Source: an uncultured delta proteobacterium (GTDB lineage: Bacteria > Myxococcota_A > Polyangia > Polyangiales > Polyangiaceae). From it: 64,000 bases of DNA. Each line of letters opens with the position of its first letter. Position 1 is the stretch's first letter. This document shows positions 51,996 through 62,594 of the stretch, in pieces. A program made the translations under genes and the position numbers. The DNA is taken from NCBI GenBank assembly GCA_963716725.1, contig CAVQUB010000033.1, positions 32,001 through 96,000 of the forward strand. Reading direction: 5' to 3'. The notes below the pieces were generated by a model. It saw only the letters and a list, made by a program, of their open reading frames with translations. It had not been told where the DNA came from and did no database searches.

Positions 51996-53368
51996 GACTC
52001 CGGGAGGGTTCCCACTTCTCCCTGATCATCGGCGCGAGGGTTCTCGGCGGCGCGACGCTGATCGAGGCAGCGAGGCGCGTGCAGGGCGTGCTCGCTCGGC
52101 TCGGAGTCGAACCCCGGACGGTGATCGCCTTCGTGGCTCGGCTCGACGAACCGACGCTGCTGCTCACGGTCGCGGCGTTGGACGCCGGGATTTCGTTCTT
52201 GCCTCTGCACCCCCGGGCCTCGGCCTCGGAGCACGAGCACCTGATCCGCGCGGCTTCAGCGGTGGTGGTGGAGCCAACGGAGCTCGACCTCGGGCACCTG
52301 GTCGACCCCGGATGGCTCGCGCGGATGGCGGACGCTGCGCGGCAGCCCAGAGCAACGGCGGCGCTGGTCGCCACCTCGGGCACCTCCGGCGAGCCAAAGC
52401 TGGCGGTGCTGAGCCGCAAAGCATTCGTCGTGAGCGCCCACGCGAGCACGGCTCACCTAAGACTGCGCTCCGACGATCGCTGGCTCATGGGTCTGCCCTT
52501 TGCGCACGTTGGCGGGCTGTCCATCTTGACCCGAGGCCTCGTCGCCGGGCGCAGCGTCGTCGTTCACCGGGGGTTCGAGCCCGAAGCCGTCCTCGACTCG
52601 CTCGCGCGGCACGATGTCACGCTGATTTCGGTCGTCCCGTCCATGCTCGAGCCACTCCTCTCGGTCGACACCCGCGGCCTGCTCTCACGCCTCAGGGTGC
52701 TGCTCGTGGGCGGCGCTCACTGCGCGCGAGAGCTCCGACGGGAGGCCACCGCTCGGTGCCTCCCGCTGATCACCACCTACGGGTTGACCGAAGCCTGCTC
52801 GCAGGTGACCGCTCAGCGCCCGGGCAGCGCCCACGATCCTGACGGTCTCGACTCTGGTCACCCGTTGCCGGGGGTCGAGGTGCGCGTGGTCGACGGAGTC
52901 ATCCAGGTCCGAACTCCGGCGTTGATGAGCGGGTATCACGGTGACGCTCCGCGCTCATGTGACGAGTTCTTCACCACCGGGGACTGCGGGGAAATTGACG
53001 CTTCAGGACGCTTGATCGTCTCGGGGCGATCCGATGACGTGGTCATCACCGGCGGCGAGAACGTGCACCCCGAGGCGGTCGAGCGGGTGCTCCGGGCCCA
53101 GCCCGGTGTGCGCGACGCGATCGTGTTCGGGGTGCCGCATCTGCGCCTGGGCCAGCAGGTGGCGGCGCTGCTGGTCCCCGAGCCGGGTCACCCCCCGCTC
53201 GCGGTGATGGAGCGGGCGCGCCGGGGAGCGGCCGCGGCGCTGGCGGGCTTTGCGCTTCCCCGGGCCGTCGCCTGCGTCGGCGCGGTGCCGCTGAACGCTC
53301 TTGGAAAACCCGACCGACGTCGCGCTCGGGAGGAGCACGCCTCGGCGCTCGAGCCCTGGGAGCAATGA
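51971..53368 (+). CDS. menE: OSB-CoA ligase
   Basis: TSGTSGEPK, YGLTE, TGD, GRSDD..ITGGENV. Confidence 0.88.
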   Translation: MGGLLDALRLREGSHFSLIIGARVLGGATLIEAARRVQGVLARLGVEPRTVIAFVARLDEPTLLLTVAALDAGISFLPLHPRASASEHEHLIRAASAVVVEPTELDLGHLVDPGWLARMADAARQPRATAALVATSGTSGEPKLAVLSRKAFVVSAHASTAHLRLRSDDRWLMGLPFAHVGGLSILTRGLVAGRSVVVHRGFEPEAVLDSLARHDVTLISVVPSMLEPLLSVDTRGLLSRLRVLLVGGAHCARELRREATARCLPLITTYGLTEACSQVTAQRPGSAHDPDGLDSGHPLPGVEVRVVDGVIQVRTPALMSGYHGDAPRSCDEFFTTGDCGEIDASGRLIVSGRSDDVVITGGENVHPEAVERVLRAQPGVRDAIVFGVPHLRLGQQVAALLVPEPGHPPLAVMERARRGAAAALAGFALPRAVACVGAVPLNALGKPDRRRAREEHASALEPWEQ

Positions 53369-53370
53369 GC

Positions 53371-55572
53371 TCACTCGCGCAGTGACTGGACCTCGGCGTC
53401 CGTGCGCCGCAGGCGCCGGGCCAAGGCCCGGGCGAGACGGGCAAAGACCGTGGCGCCCACCACGGGATGGGCGCGGGACAGCTGGTTGACGCGCTCGCGG
53501 GACAGCACGAAGACGTCCGTGCGCTTCAGCGCCACGGCGTCGGCGGAGCGCGGTTCCCGGTCGAGAAACGCCATGTCTCCGAAGAAGTCACCGCGACCGA
53601 AGGACGCGACGTGCAGCGTCTTGCCCCCGGCCAGAGGCAAGAGAATGCGGACGGTGCCTCGGCGGATCACGAACAATTCGTCGCCGTGGTCACCGATGGA
53701 GAAGACCTTCTCGCCGGCCTCGTAGGACTTTTCTTCCAAGCAGGCAGCGACCTCGTCCAGGGCGCCGTCCTGCTCGATGTCGCGAAAGAGCTGGATCTGA
53801 TCCAGCGTCAGCACGGCGGTGCGCGGCGGACGATTCGGCAGCGCCTGCTCCAGCACCTGATCTTCGACCCACTCCAGTGCTGCGTCCAGATCGTCGAAGG
53901 TCTCGATGCCTCCGCTGTCTTTCCCGATGTCCAGAGCCGCGAAGTAGGTCCGGACGTCCTGGCCCGTGGGGAGATTCACCGGGATGCCGCTCAGCACCAG
54001 ACGACCCCCGTGCTCCTCGAGTCGCTGGTCCATTTGATCGAGCAGGCGCGCCGCTGTGTAGTCGACCCCTTGCAGACGGTGCAGGTCCAAGACGACGAAA
54101 TCCTGAGTCTCGAGATCCTTGGCCAACTCGGTGAAGAGGCGGTCCGTGGTGCCGAAGAAGAGACTGCCCTGTAGCTCGCAGACCGTGGTGCGTGCACCGC
54201 GCTCGGCGAGCACGGCGGTCTCTTCGTCGACGCGGCGCTGCTTGGAGAAGATGCGGTCGCCATGGGTCTTGCGCCGCACGACCGAGGCGGCCATCTGCTC
54301 CCGCGCAAAGAGCAGCACCGCCAGCCCGAAGCCTGCGGCCGACGCCTGGACCAAGCCGACCGCCACGGCGACGATCACCACCGCCGAGATGACGGCGAAG
54401 TCGAGCAAGGTCGAGCGGTTCTTGAGCAGCCCGAAGACCTTGCGATCGACCATGCGCACCGCGATCACCAGCAGGATGCCGGACAGCGCGGCGACCGGGA
54501 TCCAGGCCACGACGCGGGCCAGCGCGAGGAAGGCGATCAAACAAAAGATGCCCTCGAAGGTGCCGGAGAGACGTGTGCGCGCGCCGCTGGTGACGTTGAT
54601 CAGCGTCGGTCCCATGGTCCCCGCCCCAGGCACGCCTCCGAAGATCGCGGTGACGGTGTTGCCGATGCCCTGGGCGCGCAGTTCTCGATTGGAGTCGCTG
54701 CGTGAGCGCGTGAGCGCGTCCACGATCACCCCGGTCTTCAGCGTGTCGATGGAGAGCAACGCGGACAGCGTGAGCGCCGGGACCACCAGGCCTCCCAGAT
54801 CTGCCAGGCGGAAGCCGGCCAATGCGGCACCGCGCTCCTGAAGCCCTGACAGGACGCCGCCCAGCGAAGCGTTCAGGCTGCCCACGACCAGCGGGTTGCC
54901 AGTCAGCGTCCGCAACGACGGATCGATGGCGGCGAGCCCGGCGTAGGCCGCGCCTCCGCTGAACAGGCCGATGATCGCGGCGGGCACGGCTTTGGTGATG
55001 CGGGGCGCCAGCACCACGCCAGCCACGGTGATGAGACCGACCACGATCGACGGCACGCGCCAACCTTCCGGCGCGCTCAGCGCGGTGAGAAGTCGTGTCC
55101 CCGAGGCCACCCCGAGCAGCCCGGGGAGTTGCTTCACGAAGATCAACACCGCGACGCCGCTCATGAAGCCCGAGACGACGGGGTAGGGGATGTACTTTAT
55201 CACCTTGCCGCCGCCGAGCAGTCCATAGGCGATCTGGAGCAACCCCGAGAGCAACGCGACCGACGTCATCAGCAAGAGCGCCGCTGCAGGATCGCGATCC
55301 CGAACGAGCTCTCCAGCGAGCGCGCCCATCACCGCTGCGGCAGGAGCGCAGGGAGCGGAGATCAACCGCTGGGTTCCACCGAGCAGGGGGTTTACCACGC
55401 CCAAAAGCACCGCTCCGAGCATGCCGGCGACCGCGCCCAGCGCCGCGTTCGATCCGCCGAGAGGCGCGTAGATCGCAACCCCAAAGGCGATGGAGGACGG
55501 CAAGGCAACCAGCGCGGCGGCCAAGCCGCCCCAGGCGTCGGCGCCGAGGTCACCCGAGCGAGAGGTCGTCAC
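53371..55572 (-). CDS. SulP/SLC26 anion transporter with STAS and cNMP-binding domains
   Basis: PYPVVSGF, NRELRAQGIGN, GSLFFG, FFGDMAFLD..PRSADA. Confidence 0.9.
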   Translation of the reverse strand: MTTSRSGDLGADAWGGLAAALVALPSSIAFGVAIYAPLGGSNAALGAVAGMLGAVLLGVVNPLLGGTQRLISAPCAPAAAVMGALAGELVRDRDPAAALLLMTSVALLSGLLQIAYGLLGGGKVIKYIPYPVVSGFMSGVAVLIFVKQLPGLLGVASGTRLLTALSAPEGWRVPSIVVGLITVAGVVLAPRITKAVPAAIIGLFSGGAAYAGLAAIDPSLRTLTGNPLVVGSLNASLGGVLSGLQERGAALAGFRLADLGGLVVPALTLSALLSIDTLKTGVIVDALTRSRSDSNRELRAQGIGNTVTAIFGGVPGAGTMGPTLINVTSGARTRLSGTFEGIFCLIAFLALARVVAWIPVAALSGILLVIAVRMVDRKVFGLLKNRSTLLDFAVISAVVIVAVAVGLVQASAAGFGLAVLLFAREQMAASVVRRKTHGDRIFSKQRRVDEETAVLAERGARTTVCELQGSLFFGTTDRLFTELAKDLETQDFVVLDLHRLQGVDYTAARLLDQMDQRLEEHGGRLVLSGIPVNLPTGQDVRTYFAALDIGKDSGGIETFDDLDAALEWVEDQVLEQALPNRPPRTAVLTLDQIQLFRDIEQDGALDEVAACLEEKSYEAGEKVFSIGDHGDELFVIRRGTVRILLPLAGGKTLHVASFGRGDFFGDMAFLDREPRSADAVALKRTDVFVLSRERVNQLSRAHPVVGATVFARLARALARRLRRTDAEVQSLRE

Positions 55573-55613
55573 CGCGCGGTTCTGCCTCTGCCGAAGTCTT
55601 CGGTCAATCCGGA

Positions 55614-56453
55614 TCAGGTCTTGCTGGCGACCGCGCGCAAGAGATGCCGCTGCGCAAATGCGAACACCACCAGGGCCGGCGCGCTGAGCAATACGTTGCC
55701 GGCCATCACGATGTGCCAGCGCACGCCGGTGCCCTGCTCCCGCAGGAGCGCGATGCCCAGGGGCAGGGTGCGGACGGCGTCGTCGGTGGTCATCACCAGC
55801 GGCCAGAAGTAGTCGTTCCAGTGGTAGACGAAGCTGAACAGGAAGAACGAGACCAGCGTTGGCTTGAGCATGGGCCCGAGCAGGCCGTAGATGATGCGCA
55901 GCTCGCTGGCGCCGTCCATGCGCGCGGCCTCGATCAGCGAGTCCGGGACGCTCATCAGCGCCTGCCGGATCAAGAACGTGCCGAACGCACTGACGCCGAA
56001 GGGCAAAATCAGCGCGGTCATGGTGTTGACCAGGCCGAGATCGGCGAGCAGGGCGAAGACCGGCACGAAGCGAACCTGGGCCGGGATCAACAGCGTGGCG
56101 ACGACCAGAGCAAAGGCCAGGCCGCGCCCGGTGAACTGCAGCTTGGCGAGGGCGTAGCCGGCGGGCAGCGCCACACCGATCTGAACCGCCGCGATGCCGA
56201 GGGCCATCAGCGTGGTGTTCCAGAAGTAGCGAGCGAGCGGCATTGCCTCGAGCACCGCTCGATAGGCCCCGAGCTCGAAGCCCGAGGGCAGCGGTGCGGT
56301 CGGAGCCTTGACGATCTCGGGCAGCGTCTTGAAGCTGGTCGAGAGCATCCAGAGGTAGGGCAGGAGCCAGACCGCGGCGACGAGCAGCAGGACGAGGTTG
56401 ACGATGCCGTCTCGCAGCGGGCTCCGAAGGGTTCGGCTCTCGCGAGTCATCAA
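55614..56453 (-). CDS. Carbohydrate/G3P ABC permease (UgpE-like)
   Basis: EAARMDGA loop, WNDYFWPL. Confidence 0.9.
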   Translation of the reverse strand: MMTRESRTLRSPLRDGIVNLVLLLVAAVWLLPYLWMLSTSFKTLPEIVKAPTAPLPSGFELGAYRAVLEAMPLARYFWNTTLMALGIAAVQIGVALPAGYALAKLQFTGRGLAFALVVATLLIPAQVRFVPVFALLADLGLVNTMTALILPFGVSAFGTFLIRQALMSVPDSLIEAARMDGASELRIIYGLLGPMLKPTLVSFFLFSFVYHWNDYFWPLVMTTDDAVRTLPLGIALLREQGTGVRWHIVMAGNVLLSAPALVVFAFAQRHLLRAVASKT

Positions 56454-57316
56454 GCGGCCCCCTTCTTGCGCCAGGCCCAGAGCTGCAGCGCCGTGAGCAC
56501 CAGCAACAGCAGGAAGAACACGACGACCAGGGCGCTGGCGCGACCGACCCGCAGGTTCAGGAAGACCTGCTCGTAGATCGCGTACACGAACACACTGGTC
56601 GAGCGCACCGGACCTCCCTGGGTCATCACCCGGACCACGTCGAAGACCTGAAAGCTGATGATCAGGCTGGTGGTGCCGACGAAGGCGGCGGTGGGTCGGA
56701 GCAGCGGCCAGGTGACGTTGACGAAGCGTTGCCAGGCGCCGGCGCCGTCCAGCGACGCCGCCTCGTAGAGCGAGCGTGGGATGTCCTGCAGCCCGGCCAA
56801 GAACAGGACCATCGAGTAGCCGGCGATCTTCCAGATCGTGACGCCGCTGAGGGCGTAGAGCGCCGACTTGGGATTTCCGAGCCAGTTGGTGGTGGGGATG
56901 CCCAAGGCGCGACAGAGCGCCGTGAACGCGCCGGCGTCAGCGTCGAGGACCCAGAGCCAGAGCAGCGCGACGCTGACCCAGGACACGACGTAGGCACTGA
57001 ACACGGCGCTGCGCACGAAGCCGGCGAAGCGCGTCGGTCGATTCAGGGCAAGGGCCAGCGCCAGCCCAAGGGCCATGGACCCCAGCACGACGACGGCGCT
57101 CATGATAAGCGTGGTGCTGAGCGCGTGGCCAAGCTCGCCGGTGTCGATGAGCGCGCGGTAGTTGTCGAGCCCCACGTAGCGGGGCGGCGTGAGCAAGTCC
57201 CACTCGTAGAGGCTGCTCTTGGCCGCCTGGAGCAGCGGCACGAAGAAGAACACCACGAGCAGGACCACGGTCGGCGCGAGCATCCACGCCGGATCGATGC
57301 GGCGGCTCGGTCGCAT
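56450..57316 (-). CDS. Carbohydrate/G3P ABC permease (UgpA-like)
   Basis: LAGLQDIP..LYEAASLDGA, TQGGP. Confidence 0.9.
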   Translation of the reverse strand: MRPSRRIDPAWMLAPTVVLLVVFFFVPLLQAAKSSLYEWDLLTPPRYVGLDNYRALIDTGELGHALSTTLIMSAVVVLGSMALGLALALALNRPTRFAGFVRSAVFSAYVVSWVSVALLWLWVLDADAGAFTALCRALGIPTTNWLGNPKSALYALSGVTIWKIAGYSMVLFLAGLQDIPRSLYEAASLDGAGAWQRFVNVTWPLLRPTAAFVGTTSLIISFQVFDVVRVMTQGGPVRSTSVFVYAIYEQVFLNLRVGRASALVVVFFLLLLVLTALQLWAWRKKGAA

Positions 57317-58582
57317 CAGCGCCACCTCTTGGCGAGCCTGCGCGCCTCGTCGAGGGAGGCCCGCGTGTCCTTGCCGCCGAGCACCGCGCCCTCGAGTCGC
57401 GGCTGTACGATCTCGCGCTGCACTCGGAAGAGCTCTGGCGACCAGGGCCAAGGGCGGGCGACGTCGAGCTGGTCGAGGGCCACGCGATCGTTGGGGTGCC
57501 TCGCGTAGTAGCCGTCGGTCTCGAGCTTTGCGATGGCAGCGCGCGTCACCGGCATGTAGCCGGTCTTGGTCGCCCAGGAGATGGCGTTTTCGGTCTGGTG
57601 CATGAAGCGCAGAAAGGCCCAGGCGGTCGGTTTTTGCGCCTGGGGTGCGGCGCGCAGCATGATCCAATGGGTGCCACCGGTCGGCACCGCTCGTCGGATG
57701 CTCAGCCGGGCAGCGGCGCCGCGACGACGGGAAAGGGCGCGTTCTCTTCCAGGTATTTCAGGAACGCGGTGCTGGTCCAGATCATCGCCACACGCGAGCC
57801 GAGGAAGTCCTGGTTGGTCTGCTCCCAGGCGTTGTAGTCGCGGCCCGGTGGCGGCTTCATCGAGCGGTCTTCGAGCACGAGCGTCTTCCAGAAGTCGAGG
57901 GCTCGGACGCCGGCCTCGCCGCCGAGGCTCACGCTGCCGTCGGGCTCGACCACGTCGCCGCCGGCCTGACCGACCAGCGCCGCCCAGAACCACCAGTCGA
58001 TGGGACAACCGAAGCCGTAGCGCGTGGTGCGTCCGCCCTGGTTCTCGGTGAAGGCCCGCGCCGTCTCGCGCAGCTCGATCCAGGTCTTGGGCGCGGAGAG
58101 CTTTCGCTCGGCAAAGAGCTTGCCGTTCAGATAGGCGATCGGCGTCGAGCGATTGAAGGGCAGGGTGACCAGCGGCCGATCGGCCCCGCCGATCCACGAT
58201 CCGGCCTGTCCGAGGGCCGGCACGATGTCGAGGTCTGCCGCGCCCGGATAGGCGTCGAGGGGCTCGAGCACGTCGGCCTGCGGCCAGATAGGGCACGACC
58301 TCACCGACCACGTGGGAGAGCGCCGGGGCGCTTCGAGCTGCGATGGCCGTGCGCAGTTTCGCCAGGCCTTCGAAGTAGTCGCCCTGATAGATGGCGCGTG
58401 ATCCAGTGCTCGCTCTGCGACTGGTTGAACGCCTTGACCAGTCCCTCGAGCACCTGCCGATTCTTGCCGCCGTAGGTGAACCAGAGCGGTGCGCTCTTGC
58501 GGCCGGGCGGCGCAGCGCCCGAAGCGCAGCCCGCCAGGCTCGCGGCAGCCAGCGCGAGGAACGCGCGGCGGCCGACCGTCAC
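57316..58582 (-). CDS. ABC substrate-binding lipoprotein (UgpB-like), three apparent frameshifts
   Basis: RRAFL Tat signal and LAGC lipobox; PFNRSTP..YLN; TGYMP; frame breaks at ~58397, ~58283, ~57705. Confidence 0.8.
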
Positions 58583-59640
58583 AGCGCCTTCCCCGTGTCC
58601 CGATCGAACCAGCGCACGTGCTCCCGAGAGAAGCCCACCGGGACGGATTCGTCGACGCCCGGCGCATCGAAGCCGGCGACCTTGGCGCGCAGCGTGACCG
58701 CGTCGATGGCGAGCTCGAGGTGGGACTCGCTGCCGTGGGGCTCGCTGCTCACCGCCCGAGCCTCGGCGCGAACGAGGCCATCGGCGTCGGCGCCGACGCG
58801 CAGGTGCTCGGGCCGGATCCCGAGCACGAGCCGTTCCCCGCTCGGCAGGAGCCTCGAGCGCAAATCCGCCTGCGCGCACGCGATCACCGTCGCGGTCGGC
58901 GTCGATCAGGTTCATCGGGGGCGAGCCGAAGAAGCTCGCGACGAAAGTCGTGGCCGGCGCCTCGTAGATGCGTCGCGGCGTGTCGACCTGCTCGAGGCGA
59001 CCCGCGCGGATGACCGCCACCCGATTCGAGAGCGTCATCGCTTCGGCTTGATCGTGGGTCACGTAGAGCGCGGTGGCCTCGAGCCGGCGCAGCAGCTTGC
59101 CGAGTTCGACGCGCAGCTCCGCGCGCAGCGCGGCGTCCAGGTTCGAGAGCGGCTCGTCGAACAGGAACACCGCGGTTCGCGCACGATGGCGCGGCCCATC
59201 GCCACGCGTTGCTGCTCGCCTCCGGAGAGCTCGGCGGGTCGGCGGTCGAGCAAGCGCGTGATGCTCAGCAGCTCGGCGGTCTTCGCCACCGTCGCCTCCC
59301 GCACGCTCGCGGCGACGCCGCGCATCTTGAGCGGAAAGCCCATGATCTCCCGGACTCGCATGTGCGGGTAGAGCGCGAAGCCCTGAAAGACCATGGACAC
59401 GTCGCGGGCCTGCGGCGGCACTCGAGTCATTTCCTTGCCGCCGATCAGGACCTTGCCCCGGTCTGGGAAGTCCAGGCCCGCCACCATGCGAAGCGTCGTG
59501 CTCTTTCCACAGCCGCTCGGCCCGACCAGGCTCACCACCTCGCCCCGAGCCACCTCCAGGCTGACGTCATCGACGGCTGGGCGATCCGCCCCGGAAAAAC
59601 GTCGTACCAATCCTTCGAGCTGGACGTCGGAAGCGGGCAC
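58579..59640 (-). CDS. ABC ATPase (UgpC/MalK-like), two apparent frameshifts
   Basis: [36 protein letters not shown]; frame breaks at ~59172, ~58845. Confidence 0.88.
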
Positions 59641-61331
59641 GCGGGAGGTATACGGGAAAACGTCGCGGAGCAGGAAATTCGCGGGTTATGCCCTCGCGCT
59701 CCTCGCAGCGGCAGGCCCTGACGCCGCGCCTCGGACGCACGCCGAATGCTCCGGGCCCGAACCCGTGGTCGGGCTACGACCACTCGCCGGGACACTCACC
59801 CGTGGGAACGTATTCGCCGGAACGAATGCGGGAGATCGCGGTGGTTTTCACGCGGCGGCGATCCGGTCCAGCGCCTTGCGCGCGCTGTCGGCGTCGACGA
59901 TGATGATGGCGGCTGTCCCAACCGCAACCAAAAGAGGCGAAGATGGAGCCGACCTTTCCGCATGTCTCCCTTGCCCTGTCGCTTTCGATGGGACTCGCAC
60001 TCAACATCGCCGCGTGCGGGGGCGACGACGGATCCGGCAGCGAGGGCGGAAGCGCAAGCGGCGGGGTTGGCGGTACCGGCGGACTGGGTGGGGCGAGCGG
60101 CGGCGCGGGTGGTGCCGGCGGCACCGGCGGCATCGGTGGTGGCGCGGGCGGCACCGGCGGTAGCGCGGGCGGTGCGGGCGGTGCGGGTGGTGCCGGCGGC
60201 GCGGGTGGCGCCGGCGGTGGCAGTGGGGGTGCAGTGGCCCGCCCGAGCTACAACACAGGCAAGGGTTTCTTCACGCTCGACGGCAAGCTCTACGACGCAA
60301 ACGGCGTCGAGTTTCGCATCAAAGGCGCAAATCGCGCGCACTACGACGTTGCGCCGAAGGGTGCCGCGCTAGCGAAAATCAATGCGTTCCGCCTCGGGAC
60401 TCCGCTCTGGTCGGGCCCGGGGGCCGCAGTCATCGCGGACGTCGATGCCATGATCGCAAATCACATCGTACCCATCCTGGGACTGTGGTTCACGACCTCC
60501 GACTACTCCGAGGCGGGCAACGTGACGTGCAAGCCCTCCACGGGCGCCGGCCTCAACGTCTTCAACACCGCGGTGAGCCAGTGGGTCACTTGGTATTCGA
60601 CCTACCAATCCAAGGGCTACGAAAAGTACATGCTGCTCAACATCGCCAACGAGTGGGGGAGCGCGTGGAGCGCTGGAGATACCAGCTTTCTCACGGCCTA
60701 TCAGGGCGCCATCGACACCCTGCGCCAGAAGGGCTTCCTGGCGACGCTGGTCATCGATGCCGGCGGGTGCGGACAAGACCCAGCCTCGCTGTTGAAGTTC
60801 GCACAAGCCCTGTACGACCACGATCCCCAGCACAACATCCTCTTCGATTTGCACATCTACGGGAACTTCTGCGAGACCAGCCAGGGCGTTTCGTGTCAGT
60901 CGTGGCAGACGCCGCTCATGGCCACGTTCGACAGCTTGAAGGCGATCAAGTCGCCGAGTCATGGCGCCATTCCTTTTCTCGTCGGCGAGTTCGGGCCGGG
61001 GAAAGGCATCGGTCCGTCTCCGACCCAGCTCACCCCTGGCTACATCATTCAGCAGGCGAACACGCATGGCTTTGGCTGGCTGGCGTGGGCTTGGGACGAC
61101 AACAACTTGCCGAACTGCTCGGCGAACGACGACGGCTTCGGCATGCTCACCCATGCCTGTCAGGGCTATGCCGCGAGCGCCGATCTCACCGCCTTTGGCA
61201 AGGACGTCATCGAAACCCCAAGCTATGGCACCCAGGCCAACGCCGTCCCGGCGACCGTCTTCTAGTGGCGCGCCCCCGGACGCGTCCGGCGGGCACGCGG
61301 TACGGAAAGGGTCGCGGAGCAGGAAATTCGC
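59633..61331 (+). repeat. Imperfect direct repeat pair bracketing the GH5 gene
   Basis: GCGGGCACGCGG at 59633 and 61289; identical 21-mer GTCGCGGAGCAGGAAATTCGC at 59662 and 61311. Confidence 0.85.
59943..61265 (+). CDS. Glycoside hydrolase family 5 lipoprotein (mannanase/cellulase-like)
   Basis: GKLYDANG.EF, NIANEW (acid/base), IDAGGCGQ, LHIY, VGEFG (nucleophile), WLAWAW. Confidence 0.85.
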   Translation: MEPTFPHVSLALSLSMGLALNIAACGGDDGSGSEGGSASGGVGGTGGLGGASGGAGGAGGTGGIGGGAGGTGGSAGGAGGAGGAGGAGGAGGGSGGAVARPSYNTGKGFFTLDGKLYDANGVEFRIKGANRAHYDVAPKGAALAKINAFRLGTPLWSGPGAAVIADVDAMIANHIVPILGLWFTTSDYSEAGNVTCKPSTGAGLNVFNTAVSQWVTWYSTYQSKGYEKYMLLNIANEWGSAWSAGDTSFLTAYQGAIDTLRQKGFLATLVIDAGGCGQDPASLLKFAQALYDHDPQHNILFDLHIYGNFCETSQGVSCQSWQTPLMATFDSLKAIKSPSHGAIPFLVGEFGPGKGIGPSPTQLTPGYIIQQANTHGFGWLAWAWDDNNLPNCSANDDGFGMLTHACQGYAASADLTAFGKDVIETPSYGTQANAVPATVF

Positions 61332-61334
61332 CGG

Positions 61335-62594
61335 ATGCGCCAGAAACATCACCCCGGAGAGGTCATCGGCCTCGCGCTCTTCGCGGCCCTGGGCTGTGAC
61401 TCCCGCACTTCCGACGCGCCTGCTCTCGCCAACCCGGCGGCGGCCCCGGACCCACTGACGGCGACGGCCCGAGCGAGCAGCAGCTCCGGCCCCGCCACCA
61501 GCGCCGGCGCGCCGGCCGCGTCGAGGCCGCCGGTCTCGGCGAGCTGCGCTGCGGGAATGGCGAAGATCCAGGGTGGTCCGTTCAAGGTCGGCAGCGACTC
61601 GCCGAGTTCAGCCCTCGAAGAGAGGCCCCGCTTCGAGACCGAGGTCGCGGCCTTCTGCCTCGATCTCACCGAGGTGACCGTCGACGCGTACGCCGCCTGC
61701 CAGGGCTCGGGGAAGTGCGACGCACCGAGTGCCGAAGGACGATTCTGCAACACGCGCTTCGAGGATCGCGGCGACCATCCCATGAACTGCGTGTCCTGGT
61801 ACCAGGCCAAGGCCCACTGCGAGGCGCGCGGCGCGCGCTTGCCAAGCGAGCTCGAGTGGGAGTACGCGGCCCGTGGCGGCGGCGAGTACCGCGCGTATTC
61901 CTGGGGCCCGGAGCCGCCCGATGGCCGCACCTGCTGGAAGCACATCGGTGGCTCATGCAAGATCAAGAGCTTCGCTACAGGGGCCTTCGGTCTGTACGAC
62001 ATGATCGGCAACGTCTGGGAGTGGACCGACGATTGGTTCGGCGACTACCCGTGGCCGCCTCCGACGGGCAGCAACAAGGTCTACCGGGGCGGGAGCTGGA
62101 GTCGGCGCTTCGAGAAGTGGATGAGCCCGAAGCTCCGAAATCGTTGGCCGCCCAAGCTGTCGGGGTCGCACCTCGGGTTTCGCTGCGCATCGACGCCCGC
62201 AGATGCCGCCTGCCCATTCGGCCGGAGCGCGGACGGAAAGCGCTGTCTGCACGGGATCCGCTCCGTCACCTGTGCGGGACGCACGCGGTGGAACGGACAG
62301 CGCTGCGCCAACGATGGCCAGAGCGAGTGCCCAGCGGGGCGCGAAAAGCTCGCCGGTCACGGCTGCGTGCTCAGGCTCGACCCGAGGGGCCCGGCGCCCT
62401 CCACGGGTGCGTCGCCCGTGACGCGTGCGCGCACGCCGGGCTTCGACGCGGACTGCCAGGCGAACAAGCCCGGGCGACCGAGCGCCTACCGCTACAGCGG
62501 CGGGACGCATCATGGGCGTAACCAAGTGAGCGCCCGCGCGGGTTGCTCCAATCGTGATGTCGGAGTGGGATGGAACTCGACTTGTTGCCCATGA
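61335..62594 (+). CDS. FGE-sulfatase (SUMF1/EgtB/PvdO) domain lipoprotein
   Basis: TEVTV, HPMNCVSW, RLPSELEWEYAARGG, GLYDMIGNVWEW, RGGSW, GFRC. Confidence 0.88.
   Translation: MRQKHHPGEVIGLALFAALGCDSRTSDAPALANPAAAPDPLTATARASSSSGPATSAGAPAASRPPVSASCAAGMAKIQGGPFKVGSDSPSSALEERPRFETEVAAFCLDLTEVTVDAYAACQGSGKCDAPSAEGRFCNTRFEDRGDHPMNCVSWYQAKAHCEARGARLPSELEWEYAARGGGEYRAYSWGPEPPDGRTCWKHIGGSCKIKSFATGAFGLYDMIGNVWEWTDDWFGDYPWPPPTGSNKVYRGGSWSRRFEKWMSPKLRNRWPPKLSGSHLGFRCASTPADAACPFGRSADGKRCLHGIRSVTCAGRTRWNGQRCANDGQSECPAGREKLAGHGCVLRLDPRGPAPSTGASPVTRARTPGFDADCQANKPGRPSAYRYSGGTHHGRNQVSARAGCSNRDVGVGWNSTCCP

Noticed and set aside
59720..59940. Leader upstream of GH5 as a structured RNA
   Set aside because: No convincing long stem or known motif visible
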